Part shown: positions 62,658 to 64,000 of the stretch, piece after piece
Position numbering within the stretch: position 1 is the stretch's first letter
How the letters are laid out: each line of letters starts with the position of its first letter
Source of the DNA: Nostoc sp.
GTDB lineage: Bacteria; Cyanobacteriota; Cyanobacteriia; Cyanobacteriales; Nostocaceae
Assembly: GCA_036918135.1 (NCBI GenBank)
Contig: JBALDB010000028.1
Location: forward strand, 32,001 to 96,000
Length of the DNA stretch: 64,000 nt
Reading direction: 5' to 3'
Program-made: the position numbers and the translations under genes
The notes under the pieces: generated by a model
The model's database searches: none
What the model was told of the DNA's origin: nothing
Seen by the model: only the letters and a program-made list of their open reading frames with translations

Positions 62658-62721
62658 CAGTTATTAAACCGATGAGCTTCCGATCTTTCAACCCACCTTA
62701 ATCTAATACAGTTATTGAAAC
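62658..62721 (-). CRISPR. Type V-K homing unit: one 37-nt repeat, 17-nt anti-tRNA spacer and a truncated repeat
   Basis: Minus strand: GTTTCAATAACTGTATTAGATTAAGGTGGGTTGAAAG (62721-62685), ATCGGAAGCTCATCGGT (62684-62668), TTAATAACTG. The spacer matches tRNA-Thr 62495-62511 at 15/17. Confidence 0.88.
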
Positions 62722-62731
62722 CTACAGATAC

Positions 62732-62863
62732 ATATTTCTGTAAGTCATCTATAACGTCTGATTCTTGTTCAGCTCTAGCTTGAATCTCGCTTTGAACTTG
62801 TTCTTGCATATCGCCCAACTTAGGGAGGACAATACTGCCACCTTTATATGTGTATGCGATCGC
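62732..62863 (-). pseudogene. cas12k: cas12k C-terminal fragment
   Basis: AIAYTYKGGSIVLPKLGDMQEQVQSEIQARAEQ...QKY resembles the Cas12k RuvC-region motif SIVLPKLGDMRE.VQSEIQARAEQ. Confidence 0.8.
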
Positions 62864-63012
62864 TTTCTCAGCGCGAACCATGATTTATAGATGTAGTTCA
62901 CCAATACGATGTCTGACAACAAGCCGCTTCTCTTCTCTACGAGAGGCTGCGCCAACGAGACGCACTCGCGTTCGCGTCTACATAATTGTGTATAATCGCG
63001 CTGGCTGACCTA

Positions 63013-63174
63013 ATTAGTGATACGGAAACTTGTCGTAGTATTTATTACTCAAGTTCTAATCTATGGGAACTGGCAGCAATGGTATATTGGCTGTCTGTAG
63101 AGTTAAGTTTTGACATAGCCTGTGAAATCTTGAAAAAGCTGAAAGATCAAGAACCGGAGTTGTTTAATTTTTAA
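63013..63174 (+). pseudogene. cvkR: Fragment of MerR-type CAST regulator CvkR
   Basis: IS.T.T.RSIYYS..NL.ELAAMVYWLSV.LSFDIACE.L..LK.QEPELF, divergent from cas12k as in V-K CASTs. N-terminal HTH is missing. Confidence 0.65.
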
Positions 63175-63271
63175 GGGGATTAATTTGTCAAGTGGCCAAA
63201 TAATTTGGCAATTGACAATTGCCCTGCTTACCTTCGAGAATTTTTATTTTAATCCTTTTATTTACAATACT

Positions 63272-63360
63272 CGGAAAGTGACAGAACAGGGATAGCTTGT
63301 ATTGATTAACTAATAAAGCTTCTAGAGATTGACCTTCCGGAAAGTGACAAAAGAGGGATA
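63272..63360. repeat. Pair of 23-bp direct repeats CGGAAAGTGACA(G/A)AA(C/G)AGGGATA
   Basis: Copies at 63272-63294 and 63338-63360, 21/23 identical. Confidence 0.7.
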
Positions 63361-63426
63361 TAACGCAGAGATAGGGATTGGGGAGTGTTGACTATTGAGA
63401 GCCAGTCAACAGTCAACAGTCAACAG

Positions 63427-63999
63427 TTAGTTATTACCTACAGGTTGAACTTGATTCAACAGACTATGCAATTTCTCTCCTTCAATGACTTCTGTTTCCA
63501 ATAATTGAGTTGCGATCGCTTCTAGCAAGTCTCGATTCTGTGTGAGAATCTGTAGGGCTTGTTCGTGGGCTGTTTCCACGATTTCCTTGACTTCGCTATC
63601 AATGGCTTTGGCTGTATCTTCACTCACCATCCGTCGAGGATTAGGGGCACCATTGCCCAGGAACGCTGCTTGTTGTCCTTGTTGGTAAGCTAGCGGCCCT
63701 AAAACTTTACTCATCCCATAGGTAGTCACCATCCGTTCTGCCAAGTCAGTCGCTCGTTGCAAATCGTTGGATGCACCTGTGGTAATACTGCTAAACACAA
63801 TCTCTTCAGCGGAACGTCCCCCCAACAGAGTTGCAATCTGACCGCGCAATTCTCCTTCATTCATCAAAAAGCGGTCTTCCGTCGGTAATTGCAAGGTGTA
63901 GCCTAAAGCAGCCATTCCCCGAGGAATAATCGAAATTTTTTCTACACGACCGTTTCCTGTTGTTAGCGCCCCTACCATTGCGTGACCGACTTCATGGTA
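63427..63999 (-). CDS. ftsH: FtsH ATP-dependent zinc metalloprotease, C-terminal part (5' end outside the window)
   Basis: YHEVGHA zinc motif at the window edge; KISIIPRG, LLGGRSAEE and TGASNDL motifs. Confidence 0.93.
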   Translation of the reverse strand, partial: YHEVGHAMVGALTTGNGRVEKISIIPRGMAALGYTLQLPTEDRFLMNEGELRGQIATLLGGRSAEEIVFSSITTGASNDLQRATDLAERMVTTYGMSKVLGPLAYQQGQQAAFLGNGAPNPRRMVSEDTAKAIDSEVKEIVETAHEQALQILTQNRDLLEAIATQLLETEVIEGEKLHSLLNQVQPVGNN

Positions 64000-64000
64000 A

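Larger units (their letters stand above)
62555..63217. mobile_element. Miniaturised type V-K CRISPR-associated transposon (CAST) remnant, 663 bp
   Basis: TGT...ACA termini. Inverted ends TGTCAATTGCCACATTATTTGTCCGCGTTAACAAATTA / TGTCAATTGCCAAATTATTTGGCCACTTGACAAATTA carry repeated TGACAAATTA-like TnsB sites. Internal V-K repeat plus cas12k and cvkR fragments. Confidence 0.88.

Noticed and set aside
62657..63174. ORF-track entries 62657-62881, 62749-62955 and 62986-63174 as functional genes
   Set aside because: They are chimeric frames running through cas12k/cvkR fragments, dispersed repeats and the CRISPR repeat.
62550..63222. Perfect 5-bp target-site duplication of the mini-CAST
   Set aside because: The flanks are TTAGC and ATTGC (3/5 identical), so no TSD is claimed.
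63272..63360. Two-repeat CRISPR array
   Set aside because: Only two 23-bp copies, no palindrome or GAAA(C/G) end, and unrelated to the V-K repeat.

Overview
A 64-kb chromosomal window from a heterocyst-forming cyanobacterium (Nostoc-like). The assignment rests on frequent HIP1 GCGATCGC sites, STRR heptamer repeats, small dispersed repeats, and devH, psbU and btpA. Positions 1-43.7 kb are mostly housekeeping and signalling genes (polA, rimO-crhR, nadB, uppP, ampG, CHASE2-PAS-GGDEF, REC-EAL), plus a Yfr2-like ncRNA and a small secreted peptide ending in GSGTR beside the CHASE2 cyclase. Positions 43.8-59.9 kb are a DNA phosphorothioation island. It has dndC/D/E and an associated methyltransferase, an XRE/small-gene pair splitting dndC from dndD, a divergent DGQHR / GIY-YIG / DGQHR operon, and a PbeABCD-like helicase / small protein / AAA / dnd_assoc_4 module directly downstream of lexA. 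That module contains a nonsense-inactivated Uma2 nuclease. At 62.46-63.22 kb, tRNA-Thr(UGU) is followed by a 663-bp, almost completely deleted type V-K CRISPR-associated transposon. It keeps both ends, fragments of cas12k and cvkR, and one CRISPR repeat with a 17-nt homing spacer matching the adjacent tRNA (GTA PAM, insertion 60 bp downstream). All family assignments come from motif recognition by eye; no database searches were run.
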